Below, piece by piece: positions 13,447-25,409 of a stretch of 64,000 bases of DNA. The translations under genes and the position numbers were made by a program. Positions within the stretch are counted from its first letter, which is position 1; each line of letters begins with the position of its first letter. A model generated the notes under the pieces. That model had not been told where the DNA came from. It was given only the letters and a program-made list of their open reading frames with translations, and did no database searches. Source of the DNA: Sarea resinae (Eukaryota); contig JAPEUD010000004.1 of NCBI GenBank assembly GCA_026026165.1, positions 248,001 to 312,000 of the forward strand, in the 5' to 3' direction.

Positions 13447-14847
13447 ATGCTGGTGTCATTGACAGTTGGCAAGGTCGACGCCGGTGTAGCCGTGTTACTG
13501 ACCGAGGACAAGAGATTGGTATGTCTTCTGCTCTCTGCCCTCTCCTTCCCCCTTTCACTCAATAGCAGTCTACCCCCACTGTCCTATGCCCTCTTTACTC
13601 GCGTTCACTTGATCTGACTGACTCGACTCAAACCCGTGTAGATCGAATTCCCCTCGATACTCCTGCCCCCAGACATCTCCTCGGGCTCCATCGTCGACAT
13701 CACTGTTTCGCACAATTTCGACTCCGAAGCCGCAACCCAAAAAGCCTTCAGCGCACTCCAATCCGAAATCTACACCACCTTCGGCACCCAAGCCCCAGCC
13801 GCCCCCGTTCTTCGCTGTCGCAATGCTACCCAGACCTCGGTCGTTCTCGAATGGGACCCCATCCAGCTCGCAGCTGCCGAGCTGCGTAGTCTGAGCCTCT
13901 ACCGCAATGGCAGCAAAGCCGGCAACATCCCCCGTCCGCACGAGCAGCAGAGCACCAAGATCAGTGGATTGGCGGTCGATCAGGAGTATGTGTTTCACCT
14001 GGTGCTCAAGACGTCGGCGGGTACGTATACGAGCGAGAAGTTGCATGTTCACACGCACAAGATGACGGATCTGTCTGGCATCACGGTCACGCCTGGCATT
14101 ATGCCTGCATCCCTACGCGAAAGTCTTGAGACTGCGGTGCAACGCATCGGCGCAAAACTGGTTGACACCGTCCGTATTGACACGACGCATTTTGTCTGCA
14201 TGGAAGGAAGGGGCCAGGCATGGGAAAAGGCCGTGGAATTGAATATCCCCGTCGTCAGACCGGAATGGGTCGAAGGCTGCGAGCGTGAAGGCCGTCTCGT
14301 GGGCGTGCGGGGATACTATCTGAACGCGGACCCGCGAATGCGGCAATTCGGCCAAGTGCAGCAGCAACAGCATGATGACAGACCGTCCAGCCAGGCCAGT
14401 TCACAGCGAACCGTTCCTATCCAGCAACAAGCCCAGCATCACCCACAACAGCCCTCGGAATCGCGACCATCTCGCTCCTCGCCGCAACGTCCCAGCGTCG
14501 AGCCAGCTCCTTCCGAAGCCTCGGACGAGCCAAAGGCTACAACCAACGGCACCCACGCTGAACCCACCTCTACTCCTAACACGCCTGCGCCCTCGCTCCC
14601 ACCCAAAGATACCCCTCCCACTGCAACGGCCACCGAGGCTCCATCCGACTCCTCGGACAGCAGCGAAGATCCCGACGAAGACGATGAAGAAGAAGACGAA
14701 ACCCATGAGAACGGAGATGCCACACCGCGAGCGACTGCTAACGCGACAGCAGCTCCGGTAGCCAAAAAAGCGCCAGTACGAGACGAGCCAACGCCTAGAG
14801 CAGAGACCACCGAGACCGGCGAAGGCTTCAGCGAGGTTTCCCTTTGA
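13447..14847 (+). CDS. CHS5: Exomer subunit / chitin biosynthesis protein Chs5 (FN3 + BRCT)
   Basis: MLVSLTVGKVDAGVAVLLTEDKRL|IEFPSILLP, RNATQTSVVLEWDP, BRCT (IDTTHFVC..PVVRPEW); intron about 13519-13641. Confidence 0.95.
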
Positions 14848-16357
14848 TCCGTCTTTTTTCTCATGATGGGGCAGATGCCCTTTTCTGCAGATCCCTTTTC
14901 CGCTTGCCCTACCACTAGCCTCGCCATTACGTCTCCTTCCCGCCACGATGACTGGAGAGATTCTACCTGCCTGCCTACCCGCTCTACCGACTTCCCTGCC
15001 CCGCCTTTTTTCCTACTCGTTGTCATCTTCCTACTGCCTGATTGCTCAACTTATATCTCCCTTGCGTCATTCTTGCGTTATCAGAGCGCCTACACTCCTC
15101 CCTCTCCCTCCTCTCGTCCATGCTTTTCCGGGCTGATTCGTCTTCGAGAACATTCGGGTGGACTGTTTTGTCGTGCGCTCGTGCATGCGAAAAGGTCCAA
15201 GGGTTTTAATATTGCTCTTTCAGCTACTGAAGAACTTTTCCTTTCTGTGTGGCGGATACACACGGAAGCGAAGGCGATGGGGAGACTATGAGAGGAGCAG
15301 AGAGGAGAGGAATGGGCGAGGGGGGAAAGAGCACGCATGGCTATGGCTTATGGCTTATGGAATCCTAGCTTACCTTACCTTACCTTAGTATGGCTTCTTA
15401 GGTACACAGACTAGATCACATCCCTCCCTCGCTACTCGCTACTGTGGTGGTGGTTCATGAACTTTGCCGGGGAAATGACTTGATTGCTTCCTTTCCGCCC
15501 TCTTTTCATTATGGCATTTCGTGTGCGAGAAATAAAAAAGCGAGACAAGAAATGGGTAGGCAACATAACGCAAGAATGACAAGGAGAGAGACATGACACG
15601 GCCGTTCAGGAAGGCATACACCAAATAAGTAAGACATGGATGCTATTGTAGCTTCTCGAGGGGAGGGGATTGAGTGTACCGCCAGCTTCAAATGGCACAG
15701 AACATAAGACCAGACCGGACCACCTCCATGCTCTTTCTCTAGACACTGAGGGATGGGAACCTTATCGCTGGCTTGCGGGTTCCTTCTGCGTCTGCGATAA
15801 TCAGAGGCTGGTCGAGCTTGGGGACGTTTGCGGTCCGTAGCGGCATTTTATAAGATGCGGGGGACGTGGTGCTGCCTGGCCAATTCTTCGCCAGCCAGCG
15901 CCAAGGGGATTCGATTTCCGATCGGAGGCCGATCCCGTAGCCAGAGAATGAGGTATTCGTGGATGCAACAAAGTGACGAAAAGGGAAGGGGGAGACATGA
16001 TGCTGTTATTGTCGGTGAGATCCTTCGTGATGGTGAAGTAGCGATTCGACCATATAACGTGGACGGCGCTTTACTCGGAAAGACTTGCGAAACGGATGCT
16101 TGGTCGATGAGGGGCAAGGCTGCGGGCCTCAGACTATGAGGGACTGTGCTGATTCAAGGCCATCAGGATCGGTAAGAAAGTAACGAAACGTGAAGCACGA
16201 CAATAGGGTCAATCGAATCTCCAGTAAAGAAGCGAGGCGAGATGGTGAAAGTCCGAGGAATATATTCGCCTGTCGGAGCTGGCCTCCTGCGTACTGATTG
16301 CGAAATCATTATGGACTCCGGTGTTCCACGATGACATTCCTTATTCGAAGTGAACAT

Positions 16358-18616
16358 CTAACGCGTAGACTCCACGGCTATCCCGTCGGCTTTCTTCAGC
16401 GCCTTTTTGATATGCTCCAAGAGCACCTTGGACACACATGGCGGGACCGCGTTTCCGATCTGCTTCTTCACGCATACGGATCCGAATTTATGCTCTAGTG
16501 GGAACCCTTGCAGACAAGCAAATTCTCTATGCGTGAGATCCCTGGTGCCAGAAGGATGGATGTTTCCGCCACCGCTAGTCGTGATGCAATGTCGCAAAGG
16601 CTGGTCACCGTCGTAGCTGCGGGCATTACGCTGAGTAGCTCTCTCGGGTGCGTGGTTCGGAAAACCAGCAGGGATGTTCGAGATAGCGTCGTTGACAGTC
16701 TTCAGGCGGACGAGATCACCGGATTGGAGCTCAGGATCAATGGTATGTGTGGCTGGAGGGAAAGTAGGAAGTGCTTCTCCCGGGCTGATGACAGTCATAT
16801 TGTTAGCGACGAGAAACACGGTGTATGCTGCTTAAGTGTACACCTTACCATGATGCTATCACAATCAACCTCTTCCTAGCCTGAGCGAGGCCGTATTCAG
16901 CACAATTGACAATCTTCCAGCGCACGCTGAAGTTGAGTGAGGTGAAGCAGTCGATGAGCGCACGAAACCACAGTTCATGTCTCTGCTCGAGGCCAGAAGT
17001 GTTTTCAAACGTCGTAATTCTGGGCTTTGCCTTCTTTATCAGCTCTGGCACTGCGAAGAAACTTGCCCCATTCCGTTCGTCATCCTTGCCGTCGACGGTG
17101 TGCGCAGGGGAGAAGATCTGACAAGGAGGGCTCAGGTGCAAAACATCAACTTTGATGTCATCATCCAGAGCAACAAAGTGGTGTGCGTCTACTGAGTTAC
17201 ACTCCGTGCCGAAAAAATTGAGGCTATAAGAGTGTATGGCCGCTTGATCATGGTCAAATCCCCATTTGATCTTGTATCCAGCTTGCTTTGCCCCACGAGA
17301 CATTCCTCCAGCACCACAAAACGAATCTCCGAAGGTGTATCTTGAGAACGCCAGTCGACTTGTTTCTTCAAATGAAATGTCTGAGCCGGAAGCTTCTGAT
17401 GATAGTAATGTCTCGGCAATCTCTTTTGAAGTCGGAAGGAGGCATGGAATCGGGGTATCAGTCTGGAGATTTCTGATGACCTCTTTACCCTTGCGCGAGG
17501 CGTTTCCTGTGAGATCAACCACAATAGGTGAACCTCTGCTTTCGCCTGGTATCTTTGCATATCTTCGCTTTTTCGGGGTTGACGATGGAGTGACTTGGCA
17601 TAAATTCCTAACATCATTCTTTTCACGCCGATTGAAACTGCTTTCCTCAGTAGTCATGCCTTTACATTCGCCGCCCTTGACCGTTGCGCCTCTCCAGGCC
17701 TCTTGAAGTGTCTCATCGTCAACGTCAAAGTTCTTGTCGGCCTCTGGGCTTGTAAGAAAACGAATTGATCTGTCGTACGGCCGGTTCTTCTCCCGATCTT
17801 TAGCAGTCTTGAAAGCCCGCACATACTTCCACCGACAGAAGAGTCGCGGAGGTGGCGAGCCTGGGCTGTAGGCCTCTCCATTTTCCTCGGAGCTGCACGA
17901 GGGATAGGGTCGATTAGTTAGAAAGAGAAGCCGGATTCGTCTGACTCTTGAAAGTGGTAATTCTTCAACCGACTGCTCTTCTTCTGGGCGATTATCGTCG
18001 AGATCTAACTCAACAATTTTCACCAATTCATTCTCTTTCAAATCCAAGAAGTCTTTTGCAGGATCTGAGCTAATCTCACCGCGAAAGCGATGCCCTCTCA
18101 GAAAGACCTCAGTGGTAGAGCGGTCTTGTATCACCTTTGTAATGCGCAAGAAATCCCCGTCGTCAAGCTCAACAGTTTTGCCCTTCTGGAATCGGCTCCC
18201 ATTTGAGTTGAATTTTTCGAGCGTTCTGAAAGCCTCTGAAAGTGGCCCATTGCGGAGCGGTAGGCTCGAGGGGCTCTCGGCTCGGTGTCTCTTGTTTCTC
18301 ACAACAGCCTGGAAAGTCCTCTCAAATTCTCCATCTGACATGAAGTCGTCCTCATCCCACCCGATGTCCTCCTCGGAGTCAACATCTATTGGTGAGTCTT
18401 TTTCGCTTCCTATTCGAGACATTGTACGGGTCGATGATGAGATGGAATTGCGCTTTTCTCCGAGGCTGGGTCTGGCATTTGAGGCTGCCAAAACAAGAAT
18501 CATTGCGAGATCAGCCAGAGACCACTTTTATAACGAGTGAGGTAATACATACGCGAGCTGTTTTCTTCATCGAGTATCACGACATTTCGACTGCGGTCCT
18601 CTGGAAGTGATGGCAT
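16358..18616 (-). CDS. rid: RID/Masc1/DmtA-family C5 cytosine methyltransferase (3 exons)
   Basis: Motifs FGDSFCGAGG, LSPPCQ.FSPAHT, FENTSGL, QARKRL, IASC|PGE, HPSGTR.LT.RE.ACLQGFP and KQIGNAVPP; BAH-like N-terminal region (VELDDGDFLRI...LFCRWKY). First exon ATG at 18616, introns about 18485-18552 and 16784-16847. Confidence 0.92.
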
Positions 18617-20659
18617 GGTGACTACTTGAAGCCTTGAGCGACGAGGTAGCTGAAGGCGGTTGTCCGAAAGATGGCAGATGTGCGAACGAAATAGAGAGCA
18701 GAGACCACACAGCTTCTGAGTCTGCTAGATTTAGACACAGGGACCGAATGTCCTTATTCTCTTCGAACAAGATGTTGTCAAATCTGATGTGTTGCTAGTG
18801 ATTCGTTCGCAAGGACATTTCGACAGGTCGCGTTGGTAAGAAATGGAAGTGACCGTGATTTCTTAGCACCTGGTGGGTGGACAAAGAGTTATTGGGTGGA
18901 AGAGAGGAAGATGATGAGATTGCAGATGCCGAACGGATTAAACAAGACTCTGCAATCAGACAAGTAGACGAGATAGCTAGTCTTATGAAAGGGTATTTGA
19001 ACGTAATGACTAGATCGACGGCAGTAGGGAGCGTCAGGTAGACGTAATAATGAGAAACGTGAGGCAAAAGTGTTAATGTGAGGAGGGTGGTAGAAGTGGT
19101 AATAAGAGTTGTTTGGCAGAATGACATGGGACCACCAATGGATGAGAGATCGAGATGCGGACTTTCAGCCCTATTTAGGCACCTATCTGAGTTGAGAGAG
19201 AGGACAAACACAAAGAAGACAGTAGAATGAATTTGTCAAGCTGCTCGGTGTTCAAACAGCTAAGAGCCCTATCTCATATGGGTCAATGCATCAGTCTGAG
19301 CTGAACAAAGCAGTGAACCGGGTGGTAAGAGAAGTCACCAAGGGTGCAGTGATCAATGATTACAGAAAGTCTGAACCAAATGCAGAATTGCATGCTGCAG
19401 CTGATAGTGAAAAGATCCTTATGTGAGCGAGAAAAGACATTGCTGTCTAAGGATGTATAACTGTTTCAGGAGCTGTAGGATATGAGTTTGACATAGAGAA
19501 CATGACGGTCGTTCATATCATTACGATAGAGATTTCTACTCACTCTCTATGTTTGCTCCATCTGATCTCTTTGTCACCGCCACTCGCCAAGGGGAATCCT
19601 ATGACCCTCTCGTAGCCTTCATCATCTCGATGATTGACGGGCTTGACGATAGATTAGCAAACAGGATATATGCAAGTGACTGGAGTACGTTAAAGCTTCT
19701 GAGAGAATCACTTCAATGCCAAGGGGATGAGGATGGTGTCTGCAGGAGTGAAGCAAAGATGCCGGTTCCTTTGACGCAAAAGTCCGACCACGACTTTAGG
19801 ACCCAGTCAGACACGGGTGTCGAGACAGATGATCAAGAACGATACTATCATAGAGCAGGTATTCCATATGCAAAATACGAGAAGACAATGGGTAAAATTA
19901 TCCTCATACCAATCGCTACAGAGATCGAATGATGAGGCTTCTAGACCCCGGAAAAGAAGTGACAGATGATGCCTTCTCTTATATGACAGGACCTCGTAAA
20001 AGGTATCAGAAGGTGAAATAGTACAAGGCAGATTGCACGAGAGACGTCTGCGTGCATCAGAACGACTTGGTTGTATATTCTGCTCCATCATGTCTTATCC
20101 CAAGTAAATACTGAAACCAGTTGGACATAATTGTAGGACATCGGTATCACTCTGGAAAACAAAAAGCCATAGTAGCCAAGAAGCGGCTACTGTATAAATT
20201 TTCTGCTTGGCTGGAATGGAGCATTTCGACGGTATGCTTGGTGAGGTTCAATAATCATTGAAGCTGATGTCGTTTTGATGTTGTGTGAAGCACGACACAT
20301 TGGAGGAAACATTGCGGTTAACGCGATAGTCTTCACGCAATTTGGATGTCGTTTCTGGGGCGTATGGAGAACCGTAGACGTCAGGGCAAAAACCGCACTT
20401 TACCTCAGCATGCTCAGACCTCCTTTCGTGGCGCCGGGCGTTACCCGGCGCTATTATGGCATGACTAAGCATGCCCAAATAGGCAACCCACGAAAAGAAG
20501 GTCTGAGGCAACTCTTCCTGATTTTGGTGGGACAAGCAGATTTATTCTCTGCATAGCAAACGTGTTTATCAGCATATATCTGCAACTATATCTGCAGCTA
20601 GGCTTATAATCTAATTATCTCTAGAGAATATGCAAGGCTATCTATTACTGTTATTTACA

Positions 20660-23291
20660 ATGTCTAAGGTGCAGTTGTTCTTAAGATCTTATGCCTTAAA
20701 GTGAAAAAAGCGTTGTTACTAACAAGTAAGAGTAGAAATATTAGAACAACACCTGCACTATATCTGCTATAACAGCTTAAGTGTGTAGAGGTAGGGTATA
20801 AGACGCGATATAGCGCGGTTGTATAGAGTCTTATACCCTATAATCGCCTTGTTTAATGCTTAGAAAGAGACCTAGCAACCGCGGCAAATATATCTGCTAG
20901 GACCTAAAAACATCTGCAGAGCAAGCCTTGTTACAAGCAGAGGCAATAGCATATAGTAACCTTAAGACAGATAACAAGCGGCAGATATAGGACCTACAGA
21001 ACAGACTCTAAGCGCTATATAATGCAGATAAAGAAGAACAGCTTATAGCAATCAACACGCTTATCTGCGCAATATATCTATATAGTAAGAGACTAGGGCA
21101 GCTAGATGCACTCTATTAGCTAATATATAAGAAGAAGGATCTCTTCCTAATTGCAAAAACCTTGTTTAGCAAGAGTATAATTATGCAGTCAATTCTATAC
21201 CTTGTCTGCAAGGCTATTATTCTTATTATTCTTCTGCTAAACAAGATTAGCGATAAGCAGACTGCGTAGATAAAGGAACTCACAGGTATAAAGCCTGTTT
21301 ATATAACAGGTAATAACAATAACTGCTAGTTGCTTAAGGATATCTGCAATAGCAATTATACACACATCCTAATATCGCTAGAACTTGTAGTTAGCCTAAA
21401 ACTAGAGCAGATATAGAAAGACATACAATTGCAAGAGCAGATAGCCCTTGTAGTATTAGATAAAGTTTATCTAGTCTTAGACTAGTCCTCTTTCTGCAAG
21501 TGTTATGCTAGTCTAAACATATTGCGCAGATTACTAGGAAACAAGCCCTAGTTTGCTTGCACTATAACGCTAGATAATGACACCTTTACAGAGGTATATT
21601 AGCTTGCTAGCTTTAACTAAGACGTTAGAATAATCTGCACATCAATTGATCGACCTAAGTTAGCTATTATCTGCAAACCTATGTCTTGCAGTAAGAAGAC
21701 GTCATTTAACTATCTATATTTCGTTATTAATAGCTTAACCTATAACAGTGCAGATATAGCTCTATTAGCAGCGGTTAGGTCAGAGGCTCTGTCTGCAGCA
21801 GGTGTGTTAGAGGCTATAGCGTTAGCTGCACTAGGCCTAGAATCTAAGAGGCCTACTCTGTAGCAGATTAAGAAGACAGCGATCTTTATAAGCAGTAAGC
21901 AGCAGCTAAAAGAGGCTCGCGATAAAGTCTGTAGATAGCTGCAGAACTGCAGATATTTAGCGCAGTTAGCAATGCATATAGTTGATGTGTATCACTCTAC
22001 CCTTGCAGAGAAAGACAAAGAGCAGATGTAGGACGAATATTTAAAACTGCACTTAAGGATAAGGATCCTCTTCTACTCTAATGCGGTTGCCTAAGGCGCA
22101 GACATAGCAGATATTAAACAGGTAGTTTATTATAGCATCTTCTGTGATTGCCTCCTAAGCTTAGTGTAGCAGCGTTTTAGCTAAGCAGCGCGAGGCGTTA
22201 ATTAGAAAGGAGAAGCAATCTTTCTTGTTAATAAGTAGTGCAGAGGGCCTAGGGTGCAGATAAGAACAAGAAAAGGTGCAGAGGTTAGTAGTTAGCAGTC
22301 ACAAGTGTAGAGATCTACTGCGCAGACATCACTAGCATTATCTTAGCTAAGCCTACTAAGTTAAGATCAGACCTGCTTAGATAGCAATAACTCTAATAGA
22401 ATAAGTACTGATTCTATTGCATCTTCTGCTGTATTAGCAGATGCTAACGCGGTTAATACAGACATCGAACAGCAGACAATGTAAGAGCTAAGTCCTAAGG
22501 GCTTGCATTTCATTATGCCTGCTAAAGTGCAAGGTTCTTCTGCAAAAATAAAGCGCTAAAGTGCGTATAAGCGGCGAGCAGATCTTCTTTGTCTGCTATA
22601 TGATTTTGCAAACAAAGATAAAGACTGCCTACGCTAGATCTTTATGCAGGCATTTAATAAGGATTTAGCAGATAATAACACTAAGGAACTAGTCCTACAC
22701 AGACGTTGCTGTTCGAACTGCGACCTAGTATTAAGGGTGCTAGATAAGCTAAATCTCGCGATATTTAGGTCCTATAATAAAAGGCCTTCTACAAATAAGT
22801 ATCTTGCCGCTTAGATTAACCGCTAGATGTTAGAGTAGATGCAGACAAAGTACAAGGATATAACTTAGGTCCTAGTGCTAGGATGTGTGATATTAGAGGA
22901 CGTTATAGAGCAGATATATATGTAGAAGACTGGTATTTATAATGCAGAATCGTTGATTAGATGTGCAGAATAGGATAGTAGGCCTCTAGACAAGTCTGAA
23001 CTAGGCGCGTTAGCAGCCTGTATCTGTGCAGATAATTTGACAACTGAAACTTATACCTTAATATCAGCTATAGCTGACTTATCTCTTCTAGCAACATCTA
23101 ATATATTAAGTTAGCTGTCTGATTCGCCAGCAATTAGTCGTTCGCGTTATAACTCATAAGGTAACACGTTGTCTGCTACAGTAGACAGGTTATATAAGAG
23201 ACATCAGCCCTTAGCAGATGCAGATATAAACATTCACCTGCAGCTAATTTGTGCAACAAAGAAACCACATTTCCGCGCTATTAATAGGTGA
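20660..23291 (+). pseudogene. RecQ-like SF2 helicase relic (RIP-mutated); boundaries approximate
   Basis: Translation through stops gives LIAKTLFSKS (motif I), VVLDKVYLVLD* (DExH..W), FACTITL (motif III), CTSIDRP, YHSTL, GADIADIKQVV, QRFS*AARG (motif VI) and CCSNCD (RQC zinc). Confidence 0.85.
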
Positions 23292-24026
23292 ATGCGATTC
23301 GAACAAAGAGCACCTTGTCTAATTAGTCTGCTTATATTTAGCAACTAACCTTAGCACCTACCTTTAACTTCTAACTCAACTTCTTATAATTATATTATTG
23401 TCTTTACCTAGTTATACTAATTAATATTAACTATCTCTATTGTAACTTTATTGCTCTTATCACTTCTAATACTAGTTATAGCTAGTGGATCAGATAATAG
23501 CAGAGATAAGCTAGCTAAGTATGTTAAAGCTGTCGCTAGTAGTTAAGAAGGCACCTTAAGGCCTATGTAAGTAATAACTTCTAACTAACCTTAAGTCCTT
23601 TAACTTAAGATTAGTCTTACAGCAGCATATGTTAGCTGTAGTTGCTAACCTCTATATAGAGAGGAACTAGTTTAATCTGCATCTGCTGCTATTAACGCTA
23701 GGTAAGTGATCTTACTATTAGCTAACTGTTATCTTTCGCGTTAAACGCATAACTATATTAGCTGCTGTTACTAACCTCTATAAAGTGAGGGTATAAGCTA
23801 GTCTGCGTCTGCTATGTAAGTGATTTGACTGTTAGCTAAATGCTGTCTCTTGCTGTTATATGCATATGTATATCAGCTGCAATAACTGACATATTACAGC
23901 AAGGATCTATTTGTATTTCTGTCAGGTGACAACAGTTATTGTTCGCGTGTTAGAGTGATAACACAAGACCTGCGTTGTAGAGACACACCTAAACTGCTCT
24001 AACCTCTGCAATTCTAGCAATTCCTT

Positions 24027-25263
24027 ATGCAGAGAGTAGGAACAAATCCTCTAGCAGATAAGACATTAGCTGAACAGACACTAGCAGATAAGACATTAGC
24101 AGAGATACTAGCAGATAAGACACTAGCAGAGGAGACACTAGCAGAGGAGACACTAGCTAAAGAGACACTAGCTAAAGAGACACTAGCTAAAGAGACTACT
24201 ACAAATACGCAGAGAGGTAAGAAATTACAGAAGCTGCTATCTAGGCTAGAAGGCTCCTAAAATAGATTAGACTAGATGTTAGACGCATCACCTAAACAAG
24301 CAGGTTTGTCTGCAGATCTATCTGCGCCTTGTAATTGTGTACAGTCTTGATTCTTTAACAAGCAATAGTATATCTATAAGCCTACGACTCTAGATTAGCT
24401 AGCGTGTGACTAGTCAGTATAGGACAGCCTTAGAGGAACTTGTTAGAAGGCCTACGCCTATGCAGATCTAATTATAAACGATCTATACTAGGGAGTTAAA
24501 CTGCAGACAAAGTGTGAACGCTGCCTTAAGAGAGGATTAAGTTATAAGGTTTACAAAAATGAGCCTAAGAAGGCTATAGTAAAACCTAGAGACAGCTGCG
24601 CTAGTTGCTAACAAGCTAGCAAGCTGTGCAAATTCAATATTAATCTGTCTGCAGGTGATTAGGTTTGTATATCTGCTAGGCAGATAATCTAGATAGCTGA
24701 CGCAGTTGTAGGGGCCTTAGACACTACAGAATACAGTCTGTGCCTCTAGTAGAATTAAAGACAGTTCTAACAAGAAATCGCAGAAGCGTAGGGCTGACAC
24801 ACCTGCTAAAGAGAGTTATCTGCGCCCTAGCAAGGTATGTTTAACACAGATATGCATATCTAGTAGGAGCTAACACGTTATACAGTCACAGAAGACAAGG
24901 GATCTAACTAGGCTTAAGGACATTAAAGCAGAAGAGGCTATTATTAGCTCTACACCTGCTGCTACATTATCGCCTACTGCCTTTGTTTGTGAAAGACTCT
25001 ATACCTAGCGCGCTACGTCGTCTGCTAGCCCTCTCTATAAGTCAGCTGCCACTGTTAACAAACGCGTCTGCAGCCTTCTCTAGCCGTGTAATGCCCTGCG
25101 TAATGCCCTGCTATCTGCCTCTACTAAAGCAGGAAACGCGAATAACGCTAGTATAGCAGAAGATATAGCAGAGTTGCAATCAGAGGTGACCTTGTTAAGA
25201 GCAGACGTTATAAGGCTATCTGCAGATGTCTTAGAAATTCTGAATTACATCTGCTAAAGGTAG
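24027..25263 (+). pseudogene. Transposon accessory gene relic: pentapeptide repeats, Zn2Cys6-like cluster, C-terminal coiled coil
   Basis: TLA(D/E/K)(K/E) repeats; CERCLKRGLS[Y]...CASC*QASKLC near 24513-24629; intron-like segments about 24655-24710 and 24835-24885; IAELQSEVTLLRADVIRLSADV near the end. Confidence 0.6.
24051..24198 (+). repeat. 15-bp coding minisatellite (~10 units, ACACTAGC..AG.AG)
   Basis: Seen directly; encodes LADKT/LAEET/LAKET repeats. Confidence 0.9.
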
Positions 25264-25409
25264 TTTAGCTAGATAGAGTAACAGCAGCAGTTATATAGTT
25301 AAGGGTAATTGTGATAAGGGTGTTTATAGATACAATAGATATTGTTAGTTGCGTTCGCAGTTGTTTGTTTAGTTGAATGAAATTTCAATGTTAATACTCT
25401 AATGATCTA

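Noticed and set aside
24051..24198. Periodic repeat as a CRISPR-like array
   Set aside because: Contiguous 15-bp in-frame units without unique spacers, in eukaryotic DNA.
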